64,000 nt of DNA. Origin: the human T2T-CHM13v2.0 reference genome, Homo sapiens. Every line of letters begins with the position of its first letter. The stretch's first letter is position 1. This document shows positions 18,201 through 31,935 of the stretch, one piece after another. The notes beneath the pieces were generated by a model. It saw only the letters and a program-made list of their open reading frames with translations. It was not told the DNA's origin and did no database searches. The position numbers and the translations under genes are program-made. The DNA lies in the NCBI RefSeq assembly GCF_009914755.1, contig NC_060928.1. One strand, given 5' to 3'.

Positions 18201-20886
18201 CAATTCACCCAGCAACAAAGAGATTCACGTAGCTGCCACCAGGGGTCACTCTACGCACACTGCCAGGGCATAGAGGCTGGCGGGATCATCCAGTCACTCC
18301 TGAAGCCCCTGACGTGGGATCGTGATCTCAGCTCTGGGATGACAGTGGACAAGGACTTTTTAAGAGCCTGGCTTTTCATCTCTCTGCACGAGCATCTCTG
18401 GGACCCTCCAGGCCAGGCACAGCCCTGTGCTGCCCTCTGCCGTAGCATCACTGTAGTGTCATGGTTTGCACCTGTGTCTGTCTCCTCTATAAGCTTTTGG
18501 AGGGCAAGGTTCATGCCTGGCTCACTGCACCTGGGACATGGCAGGTGCCCAGTGCACACTCATGGGAAAGCATTCAGACCCATCTGCAGATAAACCACGT
18601 TTGTCTTGCCAAATATGAATGGTTCTTACTTCCTTTTACCCTGAGCAGAAACCCTGTCCCCAAACTCCTCCCCACATCAGGGTTTGTCCTTGCAGTGGCC
18701 CGTTCCTCTGGGGATCAAGGTTCCAAGTAACTTGCTCTAAAACATGTGACCTCGGGAGGAAGCATATGACCCCAGGCAAGTTACGGGAATCCTCCAGACT
18801 ACAGGTTTGTGGATAGGGCACTGCCCCGGCTACCTTGCAGAGTTCATGAGTTCCTGTTTAGGAAAGTGCTTTGTGAATATGAAGCAAAGGAAACACACTT
18901 TTATAATGACTGCCTTTGCCATAGTTCACACCATGGCTCCCAGAGCACATCAGACATAGCCAAGGGGTCACTGCAGGTGGGGCCAAGCCTGTGCCTCCTT
19001 TCAGATACTGCTGCTTCCACTTCCTTGGGCAAGTGACTTTACCTCCCTTCCTCAGTGTTCTCCTCTGCAAAATGAGAATCCATAACTCTACCACCTCATA
19101 AGCTTGTTGTGGGGAACGCAACACATTACCACGCTGGGCAGGCAATAAGCACTCCAAAAGTTGATGAAAGTTGGCTTTCGTGATGATTTTCTATCTGTGG
19201 TACACATCTCTGGGACTAGACCCTCCCCACCATTTCCCCATTTCTATGCCTCACTTCCCAGCATTGCCACCGTGAAGCAGTCCCTTCAGCCAGAAGCTTC
19301 CTTTTCCCGTGGGCAGTGGAGCAAATAACTTCACCGATGCCTCAAGGCACTCACTCATCAAGCATTTCACAGCTGGTGGCCAGGGACTGGGAATAGAGCT
19401 AAAGTGAACCAGTTTTTGATGATGAGGGGCACACAGCTGAGGGAGTGGGCATCTGGGCACAGTGAACATCAGGGCCACCAGAGGTGGCTCATGTCACCTT
19501 GGGGGCACTGAGCTGACGTGAGATCAGGGAAGTCTTCCAGAGAAAGCAACATTCCCAACAAATAAAGAGAAAGTAGCAAGGCTTTCCAACAGCCTGAGTG
19601 GGGGTGGGCACTAGAAGCTTCCAGACACAGGCAAGGCTTACAAGGCAGAAGAGCCTGGCACACTCAGGGACCTGCAGCTCAGTGTGACTAAGGTGGCATA
19701 TGGGGGACTGAGCTTGAAGGAGCAGAACACCGGGGGCCTTGAATGCCGTGGATAGGAGGTTGAACTTGATCCTGAGGCCGTGGGCAGCCATGGTGGGGTG
19801 CTTATGGAGGGAGATCCTTTGACAGTCACCACTGTTGTCCAGAGCAAGGTGCTGAAGACCTGCGTGTGGCTCTCGGTCCTCCTGGGTCACTCCCAGTCCT
19901 TTGAAGATGCACTGGCAGCCTTGGGCAGTCACACAGCATGCGATGCTCTCTGGACTCTGCGACTTCACAGATGTGCAGAGGCCTGGAAGCCACAGCCATG
20001 GCCACTGAGGCTCATGCAATTTCCACCAAGACATGAAGAGCCGCATCTGGCTTTGCAGTTCCTTATCGATGGGTTCTAACACTTTAATTTATAAATTCCA
20101 GGCTGCATTCAACCTGAGAGCTGGTGGCTGGCTAGCTCTTCACATTTCCCAGTGGCCCTCTCAGGAGGAATTCTTCCTTTCCAGGCAGCCCTTTTTGACC
20201 TCAAGATGCTGTTTGTGGGCCATCAGCTTCCTTCTGAGAGATGGACAGAGACTGGCAGCCTTGTCACATGCTGCAGCCTGGGTCCAGCCCCCACTGCAAC
20301 ACCAGGGTCCTCCCCCAGTGACCCACGGACTCCACAGGGCTCATTTCCTTGCCTTTCCTCTGCCCCTACCTCCTTCACCCAATCTGTTTTGTCATCCTGT
20401 GGGGCAGGGTCTTGTCTCACTCCCCAGCCCCTGTACTGAGCTCAGACTGGAGCCAAGCACACGCACCAAGTGGGTACCATCAAATCCTGACTGTTGACCT
20501 GTTGACCAGTATTTACTGAAGAAACAGGGCGTGCGACACAGCTATGGGATCAGCTCACCAAAGGGCAAATCCTGGTCCCACCATATTACCGTCTGAATTT
20601 TCATGTCCCCCCAAAACTCATCCGTTAAAACCCATATCCCCAAAGGGATGTTATTAGGAAGCGGTGCTGAGTCCCCTCCAAGGGCAACCCATCGGTAAGT
20701 GGCAGGAGAGCCCACATCCACCGGAAGTTAGAGCAAGTGATACCAGAAACACAAAAGCCATGATAAAATGGATACACACACACAGCCAAAGCAAGCCTCT
20801 TGCTAGTCGAAATTCTCCTAACCTGGTTTTTCAAGGGCCATGGTTTTAGACTGCTGGAAGGCAGAATCAGTGATTACCCAATGACA

Positions 20887-21121
20887 TTTTTTTCTTTTAT
20901 TTTTTGAGACAGAGTCTCGTTCTGCCAGGCTGGAGTGCAATGGCGCGATCTCAGCTCACTGCAACCTCTGCCCCCAAGAGTTCAAGCGATTCTCCTGCCT
21001 CAGCCTCCCGAGTAGCTGGGATTACAGGCGCATGCCACCATGCCCAGATAATTTTTGTATTTTTAGTAGAGACAGGGTTTCACCATGTTGGACAGGCTGG
21101 TCACTTTAGGTCAGGAGTTCG
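20887..21121 (-). mobile_element. 5'-truncated Alu with a short inverted 5' segment
   Basis: Reverse Alu from the T-rich tail to caggctgg, then tcactttaggtcaggagttcg (21101-21121) in the opposite orientation. Confidence 0.88.
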
Positions 21122-21750
21122 TGTTCCATGATATTTTATGCTGAGAATGTTATCCAGCGTTTGTTCAGCGGGTTCTTGCAATCACGGTCTCTTGGGTTCT
21201 TCCCTCTGACACCACCAGGGAGACAATTACCGCTATTTCTCATCCAGTAGAAATCCACAGGGGAGATGGCATGTCCCAAGAAACTAGTGTCCTAAACGAG
21301 CCAAGAAGCCAGATCATCTGCTTGCCGCCTCACAGGGCTGAAAAGGGGCCTCAACCCACACAGGCTCTGATAACAGAGAGTCAGTGCTATCTTCCCTCCT
21401 TCCTCCTTTTACTTAATAAATATTCACCCAGCACCTCTTCTGTGCCAAGGACTGTGCTAGTGCTGGGAATGCAGCAGAAAATAAAGAGGACAGTGCCTGT
21501 CTTGCAAGATGCATGTTTTGGCTGAAGTAAATGAATGAATAAATAAATGTATAGCATGTCAGTGTGCCTGCGGCACTCAGCAAACACCGGGAAGGCAGAG
21601 CACACCCAGCCCCAGCCCTGCCCTTGGGAGGCTCAGCCCAGCACTGACAGCCATGCATGTGAGGGCCCTGGGAGGACAAAAGAGGCTCCTGGGGTCAGGG
21701 AATACCTGGAGGAGGAGAAGAGACCATAAGCCGTCATCTGCCACATAACT

Positions 21751-22189
21751 TTGTGGAGTGGGTTGAATTGTGCCTTCCCAAAAGAAATAGTACCTGAGAG
21801 TGTGGCCTTAGTTGAAAATAGTGTTTTTGCAGATGTGATCAAATTAAGGTGAGGCCATACTGGATTAGGCTGGGTCCTAATCCAATAAAGATCTGGTGTC
21901 CAGATAAGAAGAGAAGAGACACAGAAACAGACACACAGAGGAAAGAGGCCAAGAGAAAATGGAGGCAGAAATCAGAGTGATGCGTCTGCAAGCCAAAGAT
22001 TGCCAGGAGCCACCAGAAGCTGGGTGTGGCAAGGAGCAGACTGTCCCCTAGAGCCTCAGGAGGAAGCATGGCCCCACTGCCACCTTGATTTCCGACTTCT
22101 GGCTCCCAGACCTAGGAGAGAATAAATGTCTGCCGTTTTAAGTCAGCAGGTTTGAGGTACTTTGTTACAGCAGCCCCAGGAAAATAACA
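21751..22189 (+). mobile_element. MLT1 (MLT1C-like) ERVL-MaLR solo LTR
   Basis: tgtgg..gggttgaattgtg start, tttgcagatgtgatcaaattaaggtgaggccatactggattagg, AATAAA, and tttgttacagcagccccaggaaaataaca end. Confidence 0.85.
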
Positions 22190-23149
22190 TGCTGTGCCTT
22201 GCCTGTTTCCTCAAGGCCCAACCTGCAGCCCCGGGAATACCCCAGGTGATCTGGCCCTTACCTGCAGCAGCTAGCTCCAAACCAGCTGGGAACACCTTGC
22301 CTGCTGCTGTCACTCTGTCCCTAGGCCTGTGGCTGGCTGGGGCCCCTCCTGCCCACTCAGACAATGCTCTCCTGCCCCAGAGCTTCCCCCCACCAGGTGG
22401 GCTCAGATCCCTGGCAGCCTGACTCAGGGTCGCTGCTGGTGCCATCCTCATGTCCTTGGAGGGCGGCTCTCAGCTGCATGAGCACCCACCGCTGCCTCTG
22501 GGAAACTCCCAGCCCAAGAGGCTGGGTGGATATGAAAGGAAAGGCAGGGAATGGGAATTACATCGGGGCCTCACTCCTTGGTTGTGTGACCCTGGACAGG
22601 ACACTGCATCTCTGAGCCTTCTGCCTCCTCTATGAAGCAGACAGGAGGACACCTACCTGGCCATGTCGCTTGAGGATTAAGTGAGTAACAGATGGGCAGC
22701 TCCCAAGATGAAAGCCAGCCCCTTCCCCTCACCTCCTCTCACATCCCAGGTCTTCTGCCAGACAGGGGGCTTCACCCACCTGCTCTGCCCTGCAGCAGAC
22801 CTAGGTAAAGGCTCTCAGCTCCTTGGCCCAGACAGCCGTCCCCAGATGGCCCTTTGCACAAGGCCACTGCAGTTCTCTGAGTCTCCCCAGCCCATCCACA
22901 GGCTGCTGGGACACAGGAGCTGGTAACCACAGGCCCCATCCACCCTAGGGACATGTTGGCCTGAGCTCCCACCAGCCATTCAGGCAGCTCAATGGTGACA
23001 AATTACACTCACATCTAAATTGTTCCAGTCCAGGATAAGCCCTCAGGAAAAATAAATAAAAAGTCAAGAGAGAGAAAATTACAGTGTAGGTAGTGAGGGT
23101 GATTTACCCAACATCCTACTAGATGAGCACAAGCCCAGGAAGAGATGAG

Positions 23150-25760
23150 GAGGAGGGTGGCAATGGTGATGGTGATAGTGATGAGGGTGGTAATGGTGAT
23201 GATGGTGATGGTGGTCATGGTGATGGTGATGTTGGTGATGATGGTGATGGTGATGATGATGTGGTGGTGATGGTGATGGTGACTGTGATGGTGATGGTGA
23301 TTATGGTGATGATGTGATGGTGATGTTGATGGTGGTGATGGTGGTGATGGTGATGATGGTGATGACGGTGATGATGTGATAGTGATGATGGTGATGATGG
23401 TGATGGTGATGATAGTGATGATGGTGATGATAGTGATGGTGATGATGTGATGGTGATGATGGTGATGGTGATGATAGTGGTGATGGTGATGATGTGATAG
23501 TGATGATGGTGATGATGGTGATGGTGATGATGGTGATGGTGATGATGGTGATGATGGTGATGGTGATGATGTGATAGTGATGATGGTGATGATGGTGATG
23601 GTGATGATGGTGATGATGGTGATGGTGATTATGGTGATGACGTGATGGTGATGATGATGGTGGTGATGGTGATGATGGTGATGGTGATGATGGTGATGGT
23701 GATGATGTGATGGCGATGATAGTGATGATGGTGATGATGGTGATGGTGATGATGTGATGGTGATGATGTGATAGTGATGATGGTGATGGTGATGATGGTG
23801 ATGATGGTGATGGTGATGATGTGATAGTGATGATGGTGATGATGGTGATGGTGATGATGGTGATAGTGATGATGGTGATGGTGATGATGGTGATGGTGAT
23901 GATAGTGATGATGGTGATGATGGTGATGGTGATGATGGTGATGGTGATGATGGTGATGGTGATGATGTGATGGTGATGATGATGGTGATGATGGTGATGG
24001 TGATGGTGGTGATGGTGATGGTGATGTTGGTGATGATGGTGATGGTGGTGATGATGTGATCGTAATGGTGATGATGGTGATGGTGATGATGTGGTGGTGA
24101 TGGTGATGGTGACTGTGATGGTGATGGTGATGATGGTGATGGTGATGGTGATGATGGTGATGATGGTGATGGTGATGATGTGATGGTGATGTTGATGATG
24201 GTGGTGATGGTGATGATGTGATGGCGATGATAGTGATGATGGTGATGATGGTGATGGTGATGATGTGATGGTGATGATGTGATAGTGATGATGGTGATGA
24301 TGCTGATGGTGATGATGGTGATAGTGATGATGGTGATGGTGATGATGGTGATGATGGTGATGATGGTGATGGTGATTATGGTGATGATGGGATGGTGATG
24401 TTGATGATGGTGGTGATGGTGATGATGTGATGGCGATGATAGTGATGATGGTGATGATGGTGATGGTGATGATGTGATGGTGATGATAGTGATGATGGTG
24501 ATGATGGTGATGATGGTGATGGTGATGATGGTGATGGTGATGGTGATGATAGTGATGATGGTGATGATGGTGATGGTGATGATGGTGATGGTGATGATGG
24601 TGATGATGGTGATGATGGTGACGGTGATGATGTGATGGTGATGATGGTGATGATGGTGATGGTGATGATGGTGATGATGGTGATGGTGATGATGGTGATG
24701 ATGTGATGGTGATGATGTTGATGATGGTGATGATGGTGATGATGGTGATGGTGATGATGGTGATGGTGATGATGGTGATGATGTTGATGATGGTGATGAT
24801 GGTGATGATGGTGATGGTGATGATAGTGATGATGGTGGTGATGGTGATGGTGATGATGGTGATGGTGATGATGATGGTGATGGTGATGATGGTGATGGTG
24901 ATGATGGTGATGGTGGTGATGATGATGGTGATGTGATGGTAATGGTGATGATGGTGATGGTGATGATGATGTGGTGGTGATGGTGATGCTGATGATGGTG
25001 ATGATGGTGATGGTGATGATAGTGATGATGGTGATGATGGTGATGGTGATGATGGTGATGGTGATGATGGTGATGATATTGATGGTGATGATGGTGATGG
25101 TGATGATGTGATGGTGATGATGGTGATGATGGTGATAGTTATGATGGTGATGGTGATGATGTTGATGATGGTGATGATGGTGATGATGGTGATGGTGATG
25201 ATGTGATGGTGATGATAGTGATGATGGTGATGATGGTGATGGTGATGATGGTGATGGTGATGGTGATGATGGTGATGATGGTGATGGTGATGATGGTGAT
25301 GGTGATGATAGTGATGATGGTGATGATGGTGATGGTGATGATGGTGATGGTGATGATGGTGATGGTGATGATGACGGTGATGGTGATGATGGTGATGGTG
25401 ATGATGGTGATGGTGGTGATGGTGATGGAGATGTTGGTGATGATGGTGATGGTGGTGATGATGTGATGGTAATGGTGATGATGGTGATGGTGATGATGAT
25501 GTGGTGGTGATGGTGATGGTGACTGTGATGGTGATGGTGATTATGGTGATGATGTGATAGTGATGTTGATGATGGTGGTGATGGTGATAATGGTGATGGT
25601 GGTGATGATGTGATGGTGATGATAGTGATGATGGTGATGATGGTGATGGTGATGACAGTGATGACGGCGATGGTGATGGTGGTGATGGTGATGGTGATGT
25701 TGGTGATGATGGTGATAGTGATGATGTGATGGTGATGGTGATGGTGGTGATGATGCTGAC
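23150..25760. repeat. ~2.6 kb (GAT/GGT)n, i.e. (CAT/CAC)n, simple-repeat array with internal block duplications, in C4orf50 intron 3
   Basis: Almost entirely gatggt/gatgat units; rare variant blocks recur, e.g. gtggtggtgatggtgatggtgactgtgatg at 23261, 24091 and 25501. Confidence 0.98.
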
Positions 25761-28116
25761 AGTGAAAGAAGCTAGATTTGACTGATCACTCAAAATATAC
25801 CGGGCACTGAGCTAAGAGCTTTCCCTGTACTTTCTCATTTCATCCTCACAACCACACCAGGATGCACTAGTATCATCATCATCCCAGTATTAGTCCCATT
25901 TCACACTTGGGAACCTGAGGTACAGAGAATTTAGGAACCTGCCTGAAAGCATCTCCTCTGGTAGGAGGCAGAGCTGTGCTGGAATCCTCCATCATCTCCA
26001 CTTGCATTCCTGCCTGCAACTCTGAGTATGAGCATCTTGCTCCACTCCAATGTTGAAGGCTCAGCATTCTACACTCCACAGGTTCCTGGGCTACAACCCT
26101 GCTTTCTCAGCTACTCTGCTGATGAGAGACCGAGGCAGAAGTGGCTGGGGACCACACTTGATGGGCAATTTAGGGAGCTTTCAAGAGAAGTGTGACTGTG
26201 CAGGCCAGCCTAGAGTGCAGCCTTGAGAACTGAGCCCCACATGAGGTGCAGTTCCCCTGGGCCACTGGGACTTTTATAAGAGGAAGCATGAAACCTTGAG
26301 AAGGTCACAGACACACATTGACAAGGAGCCAGGGAGCTTATGGCATAGAATCTACTAAATACAGCCACTGCTGCTGCCCTAGGCTCCTCAATAACAAACT
26401 CCGATCCCAGGATCTCGAGGTCTGGGCAGCAGGCAGAAGTCACGGCTCTGCTCTGGCCATGTCCTCTTGCTGGCCATGATACTTAACAGCTGGTGCCTGT
26501 GATGATGTCACTTAAACTCCCTGGGTCTCAGCTTCTCTATCTGTTCAGTGGGTAAACAGCACCTGTCTCACAAGGCTGTCCTAAGGATTACATGAGAAAA
26601 CAGAATGGCCAAGACATGAGCAGTACTTCCTAAATACATAGGTACTCGTGCTATCTCCCAGATAACCATCTTCAAGAAATAGCAGGTAGCTATTTCTGAG
26701 AAGTGCGACTGTACACAGCAGCCTGCAGTGCAGCCTTGAAAGCCAAGCCCCATGGGAGGTGCAGTTCCCCGGGGCCACTGGGACTTTTACAAGAGGAAGA
26801 TAGGATGAATGGAGAGATTGGGGGAAGAAGGACTTAAGCCAACAGCCTAAAGTCTTACGTTTAGGAAAATTACAGAGAGAATTTTAAATGACAATTTCCA
26901 TCTGTGCACACTTGTTTTCCAAAATTACAACAAGTTGCCAATGTTATACACTTTGTTTTCCTTTTATCTGATGAACATAAGGAGGAAGAACAAACAGGAA
27001 ATGTACAACAGCGAGAATAGGAGGATAAAGCAGTAAGAAGGTCAACTAAGACCACCGATGAAGCCGTTAATACATTACTACAATCCTGAGAAAATTCAGA
27101 TCATTCAAGGTTCCAGGTAATTTTAAATGGATTGTCCAGGTTTAAAGATAAATTTTATTTCCAAAAAATGAGCACTCCTCTTTGGGCTAAGGTTGCTCAC
27201 TCATTTTTCCTTAAATGCAAATTGAGCCACAGCGGGGAGGCAGGCTGTAGATGTTTTGTGGGAGCTGAGTTAGTGCTTCCATTGCAGAAGGCAGGCTGCT
27301 ACAGTAGAAACAATCAACTTTGGACTCTCATCAAATTTTGATCACATTCCAGTTCAGTCCCTTAATAGCTGTGTGACAACAGTTAAAAGATGCTGTCCTC
27401 TGAGCCTCAGCTTCTTCAAATGCAAAAGGAAGACGCGAATATCACCTGCCTTCATAAGCATTACATGAAATAATGTCTTTGCAAACACCCAGTATGGAGC
27501 CGAGCACACAGTAGGAATACATAAAATGTAAGCTTTTACCCTCCCCTCAATCAAATGAATCAACACATGTCCAGCCTGCCCTCCAGAGTTTAAGAAGCTT
27601 GCCCAAGGTCACACAGCGAGTAAATATGCAAACCAGGAAGGGACCCTACCCTGTGTGCTCTCTACTCCACAGTGCTGGGGCCCTCCTGTGTGCTGCTATG
27701 GGGACTGAGGCTGCAAAGACCATCATGTCTGGACCCTGACCTCAAGGAGCTCACAGTCTAAAGAGGGAGAACTGAAGATGCAAGCACAGAATTGCCACCA
27801 GGGTACTGTTGTCACCTTTGGTGCTACAGGTAAAGTGGGAGAAGAGATGACTGCTTCCAGAGGAGAGGGACTGGACTTCACAAGCACATATGAGTCCCAT
27901 GGCACAGCATGTTGAAGATTTTGTCTAGCGCAGGGCCTGGCTGTCAGCAGGAACTCATTGGATGTTGGACAGATGGATGGACAAGAGTGAGTGGACAATA
28001 AGGGATACAAGGTGGCTGGTTGGCTGCCTGACCAGTGGCCAGAGGGGTAGATAGATGAACACATGGTGTGGTGAATGAGAAGATAATGGAACGTGGCTAG
28101 ACAAGTGGGTGGGTGA

Positions 28117-28480
28117 GTGCTGGGGTCTGAATGGCTGTGTTCCCCACCACCACCAAATTTATGTGGAAATCCTAATCCTCAATGTGAGGGTGTCAGGTGG
28201 TGGAGTCTTTGGGAGGTAATTAGGTCCTGAGGGTGGAGGCTTCATGAATGGTATTAGTACCCTTACTAATTAGTACCCCAGAAGGCTCCCTCTCCCTCCT
28301 GCCCTGTGAGGACCTAGTGAGAAGGCACCATCTGTGAACCAGGAAGCAGGCCCTCCCCCAACACCAAATCTGCTGGTGCCTTGATCTTGGACCTCCAGCC
28401 TCCAAAAGTGTGAAAAATAAGTTTCTGTTATTTATAAGCCACCATCTATGGTATTTTTTATAAAAGCCCAAACAGATTTC
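28117..28480 (+). mobile_element. MaLR solo LTR (MLT1A/MST-like)
   Basis: gtctttgggaggtaattaggtcctgagggtggaggc..atgaatgg and caaatctgctggtgccttgatcttggacctccagcctcca motifs. Confidence 0.8.
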
Positions 28481-28865
28481 AACAATGGGAAAACAAGTGG
28501 TTTAGTAAGTGGGCTCATAAGTGGCTGCGTGGACAAACAGGTGTTAGGATGAATGGCAAAATGATGGTGGGTAGGTGGGCGAGTGGTTGGATAGGTAGAT
28601 GGATGGATGATGGGCAAGTGTGTGCATCTGAGGATGGACAGGTGAGTGGACACGGTTGGTGGATGGGTAATGAGGTGGGCGTGCACTGAATGAGTATGTG
28701 AGGTTAGATGGGAGGGTGGGTGGGGAGGTGAGTAGATGCAGTGAAGGACGATGGACAGGGCTGGCAGGGTTAAACGGCTGTAGGAAGAGGAGCCCGGGGA
28801 ATGGATGGGCCAATGACTTCACCAAGTGGCTGGAGGAGAAGGAGAAAGGCAAAAGATCATTCCTA

Positions 28866-29425
<560 letters not shown>

Positions 29426-31789
29426 ACAAGTTGGCGGTGGATGAGGGCGTCAGCAAGCCCAAAGGACACACCATGGTTCACATTGGTCCTGTCTTGACTT
29501 AACATTTCTGTATTTTGTGCATGGTGCGTTTTTGCATTTTGTGCATTGTAATAGTGCATCAAAGTATTATCTCTTTGACTGTTTTGGCATCCTCTTAAAT
29601 TTTGCACGGAGGCAAGTGTCTCCCTCACTTCATCCACCCTAGTCTGGGCCCTGCACCTTCAACAGCTCCCTGAGTCCTGGAAGGGAGCTGTGCAGGTGGC
29701 AGGATGGCCATCAGCGAGTACACACCCTGAGGGCCGCTGGAGATGTCCGGATACTGAATACGTCCGCACCTGAGTGCACACAGCTGCTCCAGAGCCTCCC
29801 AGGTGTCCCCACTTCCACCACAGAACTGCCCAGAGATCCCCACTTCCTACCTACAGGGTCAATGCTTGGCCCACCCAGGGTCAGCTGGCCCCAGCAGGTG
29901 AGTCGCAATACCAGTGCCACAGCAGCTGTCATTACTGTGGATACTCCACCTGGAGGGAGGTACGTTACTAGCCTGAGAGACACTCAGGAGTGACTTGCAT
30001 ATCACGCAGCTAAAATTCACTGCGGCCAGGATGCCAAGCGCCTTGTATCTGACTCAGGCCTTTTCTTCTTTCATCTGCCCACCTGCCTGGCCTGGGAACA
30101 CATCTGCCTCCTCCCACCCACGGGCCGTGAGCTGGACTGGGGTGCACAACCCACTGCGAAAATTAGAGCCGTTGCCTACTTTTCAGAATTAATTCAAGCA
30201 AAGGGATAGAACTACGTCTACGTTAATCTTTCAACTACTGTCACCTGCCGCTGCTCTTCTGCCGGGGAGCTTCCGGAAAACAAAAACAAACAAACTAAGA
30301 GCAAACGTGAAAGAGGAAACCTGGAAACAGCTCAGACAAGCTTTGTTTGATAGTTTTGGGGAACGTGGGGCAGATAAAAGTCAGGGTCAGATTCCCTGGG
30401 AGGACAATTCTCCTGGTCTTCCTGAAGGCGTGTATTCTGTAATGATCTTTGCATGGTGCCCGGTGGAGGGATTTCAGAGCCTAGATGGTCTGCCTTTGAC
30501 AGCTTTCAGAATGACCGCAGGTCACTACAGAAACGAGGCATCTTCATATGCAAATGCTTACTGGAAACATTGGCAGCAACAAAGCAAAACTGCCATTTGG
30601 TACATACAGGTGCAAAGGGCATGGAAAACTCGCTCAAGCACTCCTGCAAAACTCGCTTCAAAATACAGATGTTTGCAGCGAGAGATTTAGGGTTAGAGGG
30701 TTGGGGGCTGGGTGGCAGCTGGGCCAAGGGGCAACTGAGAGACCCTAAGCAATTTCCCTATCACTTTGAACATCTGCCGCCTGTCTGGAAATGGGGTTTT
30801 GTGATGAGTCTTTCCCGGGAGCATACACAGCACATGAGACAGATTTAATAAGACGACGCGTGTAGAAAAGGGCTTAGTGTTCCCCTGCAGAAACTGCTGG
30901 TCCCTGCAGTACCTTTCACTCCCTAACAGCATGTCACTTGCTGTCACCCTCATCTTTTGCCCCTCATCACACTGTGAACATCATTACAGGGCTGGGTCCA
31001 ATTCACCTCGGAAATCCTACATTCACATAGGGCATGGCTCGAAAAGTATTTGTGACAATATTTTCCACGGAGACATCACATCAGTGGCAGAGGAGTCCCA
31101 CTCAACGCCGCTCTACCTATGATAAAACTCCCCTCAGGATGGTAATGATGAGGTACTATGAGCCAGGGAGAAGTAACTCGATTTTCTGCACCTGAAGTTC
31201 AGTATAAAGGGGAAAAAAATTCCACTAGGATATCTCCCTGGCATCTCAAGGACTATTTTCAATTTAATTGGAATCCTTATCTTTCCACTTCCACTTCTAT
31301 TTCAGCTAATAGCTATGTCAAGTGCTTTTCCAGCTTTTCTGAGTTTCCCACTATAAGAAACACCTGTGAACATCATGCTCATTATACACACACCTGTGTA
31401 CAGCTGAAACAAGTTTCTCAAAACAGCACTCCCTCTAGCACGTGCGATGTGCTTGCATATTTCTTAGTCTATATTGATCTGATTTTAAGTGCTAGTTGTA
31501 AGCCCCTGAATCGATCTCACATCCCACAGATGGGTTGCAACCTGCAATTTGAAAATCCCTGGCTGCATCCTAAATAGCAGCAGACTAGAACAGGATGCCT
31601 CCAGGGACAGTTGGGTGGTGCATGCAGCTACCGTGAAGTTTTGTGGGTTTTGCCTCTGCAGCCTTTCCTAAAAGTGGCCTGCCCTCCAGCCCCATCGTCC
31701 TTCCCCTGGAAAATTTTAGTAATGGCTAATAATTATAAAAGCAGATAGTGTCATTTAAATACCTACTGTTGGGAGTCTTTTACATGTAT

Positions 31790-31935
31790 CAACTTAGCCC
31801 ACACAACAATCTGAGGGGATTGGTACTATATCATTCCCACTTCACAGATGAGGAAACTGAGGCCCAGAGAGGTTAAGTCACTTGCCCAAGGTCACACAGC
31901 TATCGAGTGGCAGAGCCAGGGTTTCGCTCCAGGCC
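31790..31935 (-). mobile_element. MIR SINE (one of many in the window)
   Basis: MIR core cccacttcacagatgaggaaactgaggcccagagaggttaagtcacttgcccaaggtcacacagc. Confidence 0.85.

Noticed and set aside
23301-25793. 830-aa His-rich ORF as a protein-coding gene
   Set aside because: It arises from a stop-poor (CAT/CAC)n repeat, has a non-ATG start, switches repeat register arbitrarily and lies inside an intron.
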